Assembly (NCBI GenBank): GCA_002269645.1
Contig: NIVC01000162.1
Location: 1-64,000 of the forward strand
Length of the DNA: 64,000 bases
Direction of reading: 5' to 3'
DNA from: Macrostomum lignano
Taxonomy: Eukaryota
Position 1 is the stretch's first letter; each line of letters opens with the position of its first letter. Below the pieces are notes generated by a model that was given only the letters and a program-made list of their open reading frames with translations, did not search any database and had not been told where the DNA came from. The translations under genes were made by a program, and so were the position numbers. Of this stretch, positions 42,501-53,425 are shown piece after piece.

Positions 42501-45500
42501 CCTCTTTCCCAGTCTCTCTCTTATCCTCCTTTTCCCAGTCTCCCTCTTATCCTCCTCTTTCCCAGTCTCTTCCTTCCTTGTCTTTATCTCACCCTCCTCT
42601 CTCCATCTCATCCTCCCTAATTTTTAACAGCTATTTAACAACTACTTTCATCAGTAGTACATAAGGAAACAGAAAGTTACAAAGCGCAGCACTTGAAGTC
42701 TATAAACCCTGCCAAATTATTATAAATAAATTTATTTAATTTGAAGTTACCGGAAACGCGGTCGGTAAAGCCAAGCATTAGATCGATCGTTCATCATCAT
42801 TGATCATCACAACACTAAAATTTCAGCAGCTAAAACACAACAGGCTAATCGCGACACAAACGCTACTACTGAGCAGCAGTAGTAACTCGCAGTGCTAAAA
42901 ACAACAATAAACAGCGAAATTAATTAAAATGGCTAAAAACAGAATTATAAAAACAATTTGGGAAGTAAAAAAAAGCAACACAGAGGGAGACGCGAACAAC
43001 AGTGAATGTGAGGTGAGCAGCAAAAAATCAAATGGATCGCTATAGTACACATGCCAATGATTTTGTAACATTGATCCTGGGAGATCAATGAAGAGTCCAA
43101 GTTTGGTGGCCGCTCGACGCGAAGCAGGAGGGATCCGAGTCTGATTAGGGCAAAATGCTTGGCGAGAGTACAGGAGCGATGTGGGATTTAAACAATGGAT
43201 TGGCAGAATGGCACAAAATGGAGGACATTGTAAGCGGCTTATATCTTAAATATCTCAAATAGAATTATAATCGTTTTTTGAATAAACAACCCGTCAAAGC
43301 TTTGGCTTGCGCAAGTCAATAGAAGCCAACATTGAGCGTCACTGTACATAAAAACAGCAGAGTATGGGGCAAGCAGGCTGTTATTAGTAAACTATTATTA
43401 TAAAATTATTATCTTGAAGCATAGCAAAAACAATAAACAGGAAAACATTAAATATGACAATATAGATGCGGGGGGCGGAAACAAAAGGTTAAAAACGCGC
43501 GAATAACAAAATAATTATAAATAAAAGTTGAGATGTGAGCAGCTAAAAACAATGTCAGCTAAGCAGTGCTATTTTCTCTAGCATAGTTTGAGCTCCAGGT
43601 CTGTTTTACAGGTTTCTTGTCTAAAAAAAACTATTTAGCTTAGGTCAGGGCTGAGTACAGCCCAGCAAACTGTACATCAGAATAGCATAAATAGGAAAGC
43701 AGACTTTTTCTAAAAGCATTGGAAGTCTGATGCAGGTGAGACCAACATATGGGCACTTTAACAAGTCAGTTGACCAAGATGCTTCTTGTCTGCCTTCAGT
43801 TCTTCTCTGCCGAGTCGCTGGATCTGAAAGTTGAATTGTTGAGAGTAGAGTTGAGCAGGTGAGGCAGGCGCGGAGTGAGCAGTGGTTAAGCACAGAGTGA
43901 GCAGTGGCTAAGCACAGAGTGAGCAGTGGTTAAGCACAGAGTGAGCAGTGGCTAAGCACAGAGTGAGCAGTGGTTAAGCACAGAGTGAGCAGTGGTTAAG
44001 CACAGAGTGAGCAGTGGTTAAGCACAGAGTGAGCAGTGGTTAAGCACAGAGTGAGCAGTGGTTAAGCACAGAGTGAGCAGTGGTTAAGCACAGAGTGAGC
44101 AGTGGCTAAGCACAGAGTGAGCAGTGGTTAAGCACAGAGTGAGCAGTGGTTAAGCACAGAGTGAGCAGTGGTTAAGCACAGAGTGAGCAGTGGTTAAGCA
44201 CAGAGTGAGCAGTGGCTAAGCACAGAGTGAGCAGTGGTTAAGCACAGAGTGAGCAGTGGTTAAGCACAGAGTGAGCAGTGGTTAAGCACAGAGTGAGCAG
44301 TGGCTAAGCACAGAGTGAGCAGTGGTTAAGCACAGAGTGAGCAGTGGCTAAGCACAGAGTGAGCAGTGGTTAAGCACAGAGTGAGCAGTGGTTAAGCACA
44401 GAGTGAGCAGTGGTTAAGCACAGAGTGAGCAGTGGCTAAGCACAGAGTGAGCAGTGGTTAAGCACAGAGTGAGCAGTGGCTAAGCACAGAGTGAGCAGTG
44501 GTTAAGCACAGAGTGAGCAGTGGCTAAGCACAGAGTGAGCAGTGGTTAAGCACAGAGTGAGCAGTGGTTAAGCACAGAGTGAGCAGTGGTTAAGCACAGA
44601 GTGAGCAGTGGCTAAGCACAGAGTGAGCAGTGGTTAAGCACAGAGTGAGCAGTGGTTAAGCACAGAGTGAGCAGTGGTTAAGCACAGAGTGAGCAGTGGT
44701 TAAGCACAGAGTGAGCAGTGGCTAAGCACAGAGTGAGCAGTGGTTAAGCACAGAGTGAGCAGTGGTTAAGCACAGAGTGAGCAGTGGTTAAGCACAGAGT
44801 GAGCAGTGGCTAAGCACAGAGTGAGCAGTGGTTAAGCACAGACGGTAGCACAATGATCTCACTTTTGCTCCTTGGCATTGTCAAAAGCGGGTCTGGCATT
44901 GGCCTCGGGAATGTGCTGATAGAAGTAGGCAATCAAAGCGTTGGCATCCTCGCTGCGGTGGAACTCCACCTGGGCTGAGCGCTTCTCAGCGTCAACCCGG
45001 GCTCGCTTGATGGGGTCGGCGGCGCCGGGGCCCCTGCCCAGGACGAATTCGCGAACGTAGGCGCAGAGGCTCTCCTTGCTGAGCAGATAATACGGCACAG
45101 ACGTGATGTAGACGTTGTTCTTGGAGAATGAGCGCGGATTGCTCCAAGCCGGGGTGAGAGCGCCGAATTTGTGCGCGTTGGCCATGTAGATCTCGGCGTC
45201 TTGGCGCTCGCGGAAGAAAATGTGAATGAATTCTGGGCAGAAGAAGCGAATGGGGGAGATTGAATTACTTCTTCTTCGGAGCTAAAATCTGCATTAGCCT
45301 ACTTATAGTAGAAGCACGTGAAAATCAGTAGTAATTTATTTAATTGGAAAAATAACTCACTGGCCAAGTCGCCCTCCTTGCTCCTATTGAGCTTAATAAA
45401 AACATTGTCGTGCAGGGAATACTCGGGCCCGAACATGTTCCTCAGGATATAGTACTCGGCTAGTACTGTATTGTACTCGGCGTCAGCTGATAGGACTAGG

Positions 45501-48500
45501 TTGGCGGGCAGTTTGCGATCAATCTCTCGCATCTTGTACAGGCAGGCTGTGCGGCCATCCAGAATAAATGGCGGCTTTTCGCTGTACCATTTCACAATCT
45601 GAAGAATAATGTGATATAAATTTATCATTACATTACTAACATCCTTGATCTCTGCCTAACTGGTAGCACTGACAAAATTAGAATAATAAAGGAAGTACTA
45701 AAAATGAAAATATGACTAATATATAAAAATATCATCCTGGATTTTACATTTCCAGGGAGACGGGCTCATTGTTTGGCAACCTTGGAGGAGAGACTAGACA
45801 GCATAATAACAGACAGCAACATACAGAAAATACCAAGCCCCCCCATGTGAGCATCTTTAGAAAACAAGCCACCCGGCCCCCTGTGACTGTGTGACTCATC
45901 GTATTGTGAAGTAAGACTGCTAAGGGGGTGTTGGGGCCTGGGGCATGGGGGGTGGGTCGATTTGATCAGGGGGGGGGGATTCGCGTGTCGGTAAATAAAA
46001 TAGCCAGTCAGCCGCAGCCAATTCACCTCCTGCTGAACCCCTACCCCACCCAGACCCACGAGGCCAATTTTAAGCCACTAAAAAACCCCACCCCCTCAAA
46101 CGGCGCCTGCTGCCCCGCACACCCCTTTGGCAGGCTCAGACAGGCTTTAGGCAGAATAGAATCCAGTGTAAAAATGCTGGGCTAAGTTCGTTCGCAGTTA
46201 TTAGAAGTTCGCTTTGTTAAAAAGAGACAGAATCAGCGTTGCGTTTCTTATACTTGTTGTTGTTGCTTTTGTCGGCAAGATTTCGGTGGGGGGGTTTGGA
46301 TTTGTCTATTGTGCCCAGTCGGCAGCTCAGGGAATGCGGGTCCCGGGGCAAGAAAACTCTGTCATTGTCAAGTGTGGCGGGCTAACTAAGTAGGCAATCA
46401 ATTGGTAGGCGGTGTACAGTAATAAGGCGCCAGGCGCGGAAGAGCAGAGTAGAAGAAAGGAATGGTGAAACAGTCTGTCCTAAGCACAATGGCAGAACCA
46501 GTTAAGTCCAGCCCTGTTGCCTGTTTATTTTCAGAAGTTGTTTTGCCGCTCCAGTCGGTATAGTATTATTTGGCTTGCGCACGTGGATCTCCCAGTTTGT
46601 TATTTATTTCTTGCGCTGCTGCTCAGACTATAACTTATAAGCTCTCATTTCTACCTAGCTCAGCTCATACCCTGCTTGCACTAAGAAATAATCTTAATTT
46701 AGTAGGCAGCATTTAAATTGAAAACATAAAGTAGTGTCTAATTTTGACCTAGCCTGATATTTACTCTATCTGCCGAGTACATTGAGCAATGTACATGCGA
46801 ATGCTGAAATCTCGTGTACACTAGACTGCAGCGAAGCAATTAAGTACCTAATTAGTTAGCCTCGGTGGTTTGTAATTGTAAACAAGGCCAGTCGAGTGCG
46901 AGCAATAGAAACGCCTGGATAAAAATATGACTACAATCTGAGCTAATACCGCAGACCCCAACCCCTTATTGTCAATAATTGGACCTTTTAAATAATAAAC
47001 TATTCAAAAGAATGAATATGAAGTTTAGTGTTTATAAAATACTGAAGCCACTTAGTGTACCATAAATTTCTAGCCGCCAATGATACCCTATTAATAATAG
47101 CATGAGCATTTTTGTTTAAATTAATTGGATAAATATTTAACACCGGAGAAGAGTATTGGACGGCAGGCAGACAGGATAACATGATATTGGTGCCGGTGGT
47201 ATTGCATATCCAGCATCTATTGTCTACTTGTTATAATGTAGTACCAATACTACTGTTAATTATGCATAGCAAAGTTAAAGAAAAATATGCCATCTTCGTT
47301 GAAATTAATGTAGCAGCATATACTTAATACTTACTATACAATAGGGGGTTTAACAACAAATTAAGGCCTAGAAAACGGAGAACAGGGGAAAACACAGGAC
47401 AGATATGAAGCTCTTGCTTGCTTTAGCTCGTACACTGCTTCTATCTGAGAGGTAAAAAAGGGCGCCAGCCACCAACTGGATTGAGTTCAGTTCTATCACA
47501 AACCGAACTAAGGGGTGGGTGCCTGTAAACTAAACCAGAACCGAATTTCGTTATCTGTTCCTACCACACCGATATAGTGGCATGCGCTAGCATAGGCCCA
47601 GAAGTCTCGGTGAGAATGTGCTCTTTTTTCCTTTTTTAAGTCTTGTTCAATTGTAGTAACAAACATTTCTGTCGTGAGAATTGGGTGGCGGCCAGCTAGC
47701 GAGATAAGATTATTAATATAGAGCCATAAAAAGCAGGGACCAGTCAATTGAAGCGCAAGACCACAACCTCTATTCCACGATGCTAGTGTCAGTCACAATA
47801 TCCAGAGCTTTTGAATGCTTTTAATATCCGATCCAATGGCCAATGCTAAGAGTTACCCGATGCCCAATGCTCAGAGACCCTGTACACCCGATGCCTAATG
47901 CTCAGAGACCCTGTACATCTGATTCACAATGCTCAGAGACCCTGTACACCCGATGCCTAATGCTCAGAGACCCTGTACACCCGATGCCTAATGCTCAGAG
48001 ACCCTGTACACCGGATGCCTAATTCTCAGCAGTGGCGTAGCCAGGATTTTCTTCTAAGGGGGGGGGGTCACAGTCAGTCACAGGCTCACAGCGGCAACCG
48101 GGGGCAGGGGGGGGGCAAGGAGGAGGCCTGAAAATTTGGCCTGGATCAGCCGGCTGGGGGGGGGGTCATGACCCCCATGACCCCTCCTTGGCTACGCCCC
48201 TGATTCTCAGAGACCCTGTACAGTACACTCGATGCCTAATGCTCAGAGACCCTGTATACCCGATGCCTAATTCTCAGAGACCCTGTACACCCGATGCTAG
48301 TACTTGAACTAGAGGTATTCACTACTAAGAGGTCGAATGTGAATAACAAAGTACAGAGGGAACTTACGTCGAATGGCGGTACATGGCTGCCGAAATTATA
48401 GGCTCTGAAGGCTGCAGCGGTGTGAAGTCTGCACGAATCCGGGAGGTCCTGCTCAAACACGGGGCAGCCCATGAGCTGCTGTTGCTGTTGTTGCTGCTGC

Positions 48501-48807
48501 TGCAGAAAGGCGGCAGCCGCGGCGGCGGCCTGCGCCGGAGAACAAGATGCCGCAGTCGACGAAACCGGCGGCGGCGGCGGCGGCGGGAGCAGCAGTTGAT
48601 GTGGTAAATGCGGTGGCGGCGGCAGAGGCAGTGACGCCGGCGGGAACTGCGGACCGCCGGCACAGCCAGAGGCGGCAGCGGCAGCGGCAGCGGCAGCTGC
48701 TGCAAACTGCATCGGCAGTGGACCGAATGACGGAAGCATCAGTTGCTGCACAGGCGGCTGCATAAGGAGGCCGGCCGCGTTCAGCTGGTCAGCGAGAGGC
48801 ACCGCCG

Positions 48808-48856
<49 letters not shown>

Positions 48857-49412
48857 AATATTGGCCGAGCTCACTGGCGAGTTTGGCAGGCTGCCAGGCT
48901 GGGAGGCGTAGCCAGACTCGACAGTTGTCTGTTGAGTCTGCTGCTGCTGCTGCTGCTGCTGAAATATCGGCATTGGCAGGTAGAAGCTTGTTCCGGCCAT
49001 CAGCGGCGGGGTTCTTGTTGGCGATGGCTGAGGATTAAACATTTGCCAATTTTGAATCGTCAATTAATGTCAGGCAAGGATTTTAGGCAGAAATTTCACG
49101 GAAAGAAAAATATTCAAGATTATTCATTGAACCGGTCTAGGACCTTGTAGCTCCTAGTTCACATCTTAAATGACTGAATTTGAAAATGAAAATTCCACAC
49201 AGATACAAATCATTTTTGTTCACCTGACTCGAAGCGCCAGACGAGCACGGCGAGTCCGGATGCAGCATCGCATTGTTCGCTGCTGTTGGCGGCGGAGGCT
49301 GGAAGAACTGAGGCGGCGGCGGCGGCATGCGATGATGCGGCGGCGGCGGCAGATGATGAGGCATTGGCAGCTGGCCTGGGTGCTGGTGCATCACTGGCGC
49401 CTGTACGTACAT
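30597..49412 (-). CDS. large putative RNA-binding protein: Q/P/A-rich N-terminus, three atypical RRM-like domains, unassigned C-terminal globular segments (gene span)
   Basis: Phase-consistent exons 49224-49412 and 48368-49027; 45361-45598 and 44863-45232; then 41780-42001, 39812-39963, 37431-37786, 32018-32092, 31412-31932, 30842-31036, 30597-30712 (TAA). Junctions around 47565-47695 and 44863->42001 are unresolved. Confidence 0.68.
31049..31406. repeat. (AGTC)n microsatellite, ~89 units, making up almost all of intron 31037-31411
   Basis: Direct inspection; reads (CTGA)n on the transcribed strand. Confidence 0.98.
32344..34525. repeat. tandem duplication, offset 1162 bp: ~430 bp unique sequence plus a 21-bp minisatellite (CTATCTAACAGGCTGTAGAAT)n
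   Basis: CTTAGCGCCTCAAATAATC... starts at both 32344 and 33506; the copies differ by a few SNPs and small indels. Confidence 0.95.
35177..35577. repeat. 26-bp minisatellite CAGTGACCCCAGTGAGATCAAGCACG
   Basis: Direct inspection, ~15 copies. Confidence 0.97.
35907..36584. repeat. 46-bp minisatellite, ~14.5 copies, with an internal 7-bp inverted repeat
   Basis: Unit GATCTGTCATGGACCACTAAAGTAGAAGGACTGCCCACTTTAGCCC. Confidence 0.97.
36809..37422. repeat. 11-bp minisatellite (GCAGTCAATGA)n
   Basis: Direct inspection; reverse complement of the array at 40527-40813. Confidence 0.97.
38290..38960. repeat. CT-rich low-complexity tract
   Basis: Degenerate CTCTCACC/CTCATC modules. Confidence 0.9.
39145..39801. 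repeat. 31-bp minisatellite CAGAGTGACCCACAGTCCCCCACAGTGTCGG
   Basis: Direct inspection. Confidence 0.96.
40527..40813. repeat. 11-bp minisatellite (TCATTGACTGC)n
   Basis: Direct inspection; inverted relative to 36809-37422. Confidence 0.95.
42065..42570. repeat. 26/27-bp pyrimidine minisatellite CCCAGTCTC(C/T)CTCTTATCCTCCT(C)TTT
   Basis: Direct inspection. Confidence 0.95.
43874..44841. repeat. 22-bp minisatellite GTGAGCAGTGG(T/C)TAAGCACAGA, ~44 copies
   Basis: Direct inspection. Confidence 0.98.
44863..45598 (-). CDS. RRM-like exons 45361-45598 and 44863-45232 (...KFIHIFFRERQDAEIYM...NNVYITSVP...KRSAQVEFHRSEDANALIAYFY...)
   Basis: RNP2-like NVYITSV and RNP1-like AQVEF..EDA patterns, in the style of PTB/hnRNP L/matrin-3 RRMs. 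ttcag|ATT, GCC A|gtgagt, gcccag|AA are phase-compatible. Confidence 0.75.
47850..48300. repeat. 31-bp minisatellite CCCTGTACACCCGATGCCTAATGCTCAGAGA, interrupted by a MITE
   Basis: Direct inspection. Confidence 0.9.
48030..48202. mobile_element. 173-bp non-autonomous hAT-type DNA transposon (MITE)
   Basis: TIRs CAGTGGCGTAGCC / GGCTACGCCCCTG (1 mismatch) and a perfect 8-bp TSD ATTCTCAG at 48022-48029 and 48203-48210. Confidence 0.9.
48368..49412 (-). CDS. first two coding exons (49224-49412, 48368-49027): His/Pro-rich and poly-Q/poly-A/poly-P low-complexity region
   Basis: ATG at 49410-49412, CAG|gtgaac, cctcag|CCA, GAC|gtaagt; both junctions phase 0. Confidence 0.75.
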
Positions 49413-50314
49413 GTCTGCAGGCAGTCAGTCAACTTGGAATTCAGCTGCGCAACAACAAAGGAGGAACCTGGCTGTTACAAACTGCTGTTTCGCTGTGAGC
49501 TCAGAGGTTTAGTCTTGGCTATTTGAAGGCTCGGCACGGGACTGGGGCGGAGGTGGGACCAATGAGAGAGCGCGCGAGGCTTGCAGTGGCTCGTTTTTAT
49601 TTTTATTTACAACCTCTGAGCCGCTGACGGTGGGGGCCACTCAAATATCAGGGGTAATATAGGATTGGAGAGAGAGAGCAGTCCGCCTCGGTAACAGATT
49701 TGGTCTTGTTGCTGAGCTGGGGTTGAGTTGAGAGAGCCGAGAGACAACACGAGAGAGTTAGCAAGGATAAAAGGCACAGCACTCACTGCTCAAGCTTTGA
49801 CTATAGGCGAGATATAAAGCCAGAGTGAATCGAATGCGAATGAGTGTGGGCAGGCTTCCGCCTGTTCTATATATTCATATCGAAATGCGGGCTGGAGGAG
49901 GGGGTTGGGGTGGCAGGGCAGGTGATGCAACCGCTTCAGCCCAGAAGGCCCCGCCACGCACGACTCACTTCCACCATATCTCTTAGATAGCCCCTCTCTC
50001 TACCTGCAGCAGCTGCTGGTTGTGACTGTAACTTACTGACTGACTGATAATGGCCATAAGAATGGGACCCATTGTATATTGCACCTGCAAACTGCTGAAC
50101 TTCAATGCATAATGCCGCCGCCCCTCACTTTTCTGTATGAGTAATAAACAGTGTGCAGATGGATAATAGCCTTCGTGCAGATTCGTCATTTCATCGTGCT
50201 CATCACGTGACTGACTCACACGCGGTGGCCAGTGCACATTTTGCTTTTGATTTTGTTATTTACAAATTTTAATGCACAAAATGAAATACTCAGATGAAAA
50301 CTATTCAAAATATT

Positions 50315-52070
50315 TGACCACCTCAGTAGTTGACCCCCTCTGACCACCTCAGTAGCTGCCCCCCTCTGACCAGCTCAGTAGTTGACCCCCCTGACCACCT
50401 CAGTAGCTGCCCCCCTCTGACCACCTCAGTAGTTGACCCCCCTGACCACCTCAGTAGCTGCCCCCCTCTGACCACCTCAGCAGCTGACCCCCTCTGACCA
50501 CCTCAGTAGTTGACCCCTTTTGACCACCTCAGTAGATGACCCCTCTGACCACCTCAGTAGCTGACCCCTTTTGACCACCTCAGTAGCTGACCCATCTTGA
50601 CCACCTCAGTAGCTGACCCCCTGACCACCTCAGTACATGTAGCTCCCCTTTGACCACCTCAGTAGCTGACCCCCTTTGACAACCTCAGTAGCTGCCCCCC
50701 TCTGACCACCTCAGTAGTTGACCCCCCCTGACCACCTCAGTAACTGCCCCCCTCTGACCACCTCAGTAGCTGACCCCCTCTGACCACCTCAGTAGTTGAC
50801 CCCTTTTGACCACCTCAGTAGCTGACCCCCTGACCACCTCAGTACATGTAGCTCCCCTTTGACCACCTCAGTAGCTGACCCCCTTTGACAACCTCAGTAG
50901 CTGACCCCCTTTGACCACCTCAATAGCTGACCCCCTTAGACAACCTCAGTAGCTGACCCCCTTTGACCACCTCAGTAGTTGACCCCCTCTGACCACCTCA
51001 GTAGCTGCCCCCCTCTGACCACCTCAGTAGTTGACCCCCCTGACCACCTCAGTAGCTGCCCCCCTCTGACCACCTCAGTAGTTGACCCCCTCTGACCACC
51101 TCAGTAGTTGACCCCTTTTGACCACCTCAGTAGCTGACCCCCTGACCACCTCAGTACATGTAGCTCCCCTTTGACCACCTCAGTAGCTGACCCCCTTTGA
51201 CAACCTCAGTAGCTGACCCCCTTTGACCACCTCAGTAGCTGACCCCCTTTGACCACCTCAATAGCTGACCCCCTTAGACAACCTCAGTAGCTGACCCCCT
51301 TTGACCACCTCAATAGCTGAACCCCTTAGACAGCCTCAGTAGCTGACCCCCTTTGACCACCTCAATAGCTGAACCCCTTAGACAGCCTCAGTAGCTGACC
51401 CCCTTTGACCACCTCAGTAGCTGACCCCCTTTGACCACCTCAATAGCTGACCCCCTTAGACAACCTCAGTAGCTGACCCCCTTTGACCACCTCAATAGCT
51501 GAACCCCTTAGACAGCCTCAGTAGCTGACCCCCTTTGACCACCTCAATAGCTGAACCCCTTAGACAGCCTCAGTAGCTGACCCCCTTTGACCACCTCAGT
51601 AGCTGACCCCCTTTGACCACCTCAATAGCTGACCCCCTTAGACAACCTCAGTAGCTGACCCCCTTTGACCACCTCAGTAGCTGACCCCCTGACCACCTCA
51701 GTAGCTGACCCCCTTTGACCACCTCAGTAGCTGACCCCCTGACCACCTCAGTAGCTGACCCCCTGACCACCTCAGTAGCTGACCCCCTTAGACAACCTCA
51801 GTAGCTGACCCCCTTTGACCACCTCAGTAGCTGACCCCCTGACAACCTCAGTAGCTGACCCCCTTTGACCACCTCAGTAGCTGACCCCCTGACAACCTCA
51901 GTAGCTGACCCCCTTTGACCACCTCAGTAGCTGACCCCCTGACAACCTCAGTAGCTGACCCCCTTTGACCACCTCAGTAGCTGACCCCCTGACCACCTCA
52001 GTGGCTGACCCCCTGACCACCTCAGTAGCTGACCCCCTTTGACCACCTCAGTAGCTGACCCCCTGACCAC
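50315..52070. repeat. ~23-26-bp minisatellite TGACCACCTCAGTAGCTGACCCC(C)(T)n
   Basis: Direct inspection; higher-order blocks are marked by a CAGTACATGTAGC variant. Confidence 0.96.
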
Positions 52071-52889
52071 CTTGGCCTTTAATCAAATTTCACTGCTACA
52101 GAATTCGTTAGAATTTTATCACAGTTTGGAAATAAAAAACACAGGCTTGGAGCATCTAAAATATGCATATCGAAAAAGGAATAAAAAGAGTTGTGCAACT
52201 CTGCAACAAACAACTCGGTCTCTACAGTGTTCGCAGACAGGAAAAGATAAGGTCACACAGAACAGAACTGACGCAATTGTCCTGGAACCAAATCTCTGTC
52301 TGGTGAGCCGATTCCTTATTCTCCAATTCTCACAATTCCAAGGAGCCATATAACCAGAGCCTGGAGAGCCCTTCCACTAAACCTTTATTTTTAAAAAGCT
52401 GCAATTTTTAAAAATGATGAAGTCTATGTAACTTTTAGGTTTTGTGATGAATTTTGGCATAAAGTATATATACATTCGGAAAAACTCAAACTCGAATCCA
52501 CTAACAATAGAGTTGGCTCTTCAGTTTCCAGTTTTAAGGCGTCCCCTCCCTCCACCGCCTGACAAAGAATCAAAAAAGAGGATACGAGAAGCGGAATTCC
52601 GTTCGGGCTATTAGAATGGACACTGAAAGCTGCAGAACATAAAGTATAACCAGCTTTATTTACATTATACAATGGCTTTTGGTCTCTAATGCGTTTTTCG
52701 TGGGAATTTTTAAGACCCAGGTGCATGCTCGATGCAGCATAATATGCTCGGGACTCGTGGTAATCATATGGGTTATGTTTATGAATTTTATAATTTATAT
52801 AGCATTAAAACAAACACAAGCCACCTTTCATATTCCCGTACATACAATGGCAATCATTTATTGTAGAATGACTCAAATATCTCACATAT

Positions 52890-53425
52890 CTTCTCCACAG
52901 AGAATCTCACCAGGAGATTTCAGTGGAGAGAAGATCGTCTCACAGAGAATCTCACATGGAGATTTACAGTGGAGAGATCAAGATCGTCTCACAGAGAATC
53001 TCACCTGGAGATTTACAGTGGAGAGAAGTTCGTCTCACTGAGAATCTCACCCGGAGATTTACAGTGGAGAGAAGTTCGTCTTACAGAGAATCTCACCTGG
53101 AGATTTGCAGTGGAGAGAAGTTCGTCTTACAGAGAATCTCACATGGAGATTTGCAGTCGAGAGAAGATCGTCTCACAGAGAATCTCACATGGAGATTTGC
53201 AGTCGAGAGAAGATTGTCTCACAGAGAATCTCACCTGGAGATTTGCAGTGGAGTGAAGATCGTCTCACAGAGAATCTCACCTGGAGATTTACAGTGGAGA
53301 GAAGTTCGTCTCACAGAGAATCTCACATGGAGATTTGAAGTGGAGAGAAGATCGTCTCACAGAGAATCTCACATGGAGATTTGCAGTGAAGAGAAGATCG
53401 TCTCACAGAGAATCTCACCTGGAGA
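52890..53425. repeat. 46-bp minisatellite CACAGAGAATCTCACCTGGAGATTT(A/G)CAGTGGAGAGAAGATCGTCT
   Basis: Direct inspection, ~11 copies. Confidence 0.95.

Noticed and set aside
46850-46916. Candidate exon completing RRM1 (GVSIARTRLALFTITNHR)
   Set aside because: Good acceptor and a plausible peptide, but no in-frame donor matching the phase-0 acceptor at 45598; left unresolved.
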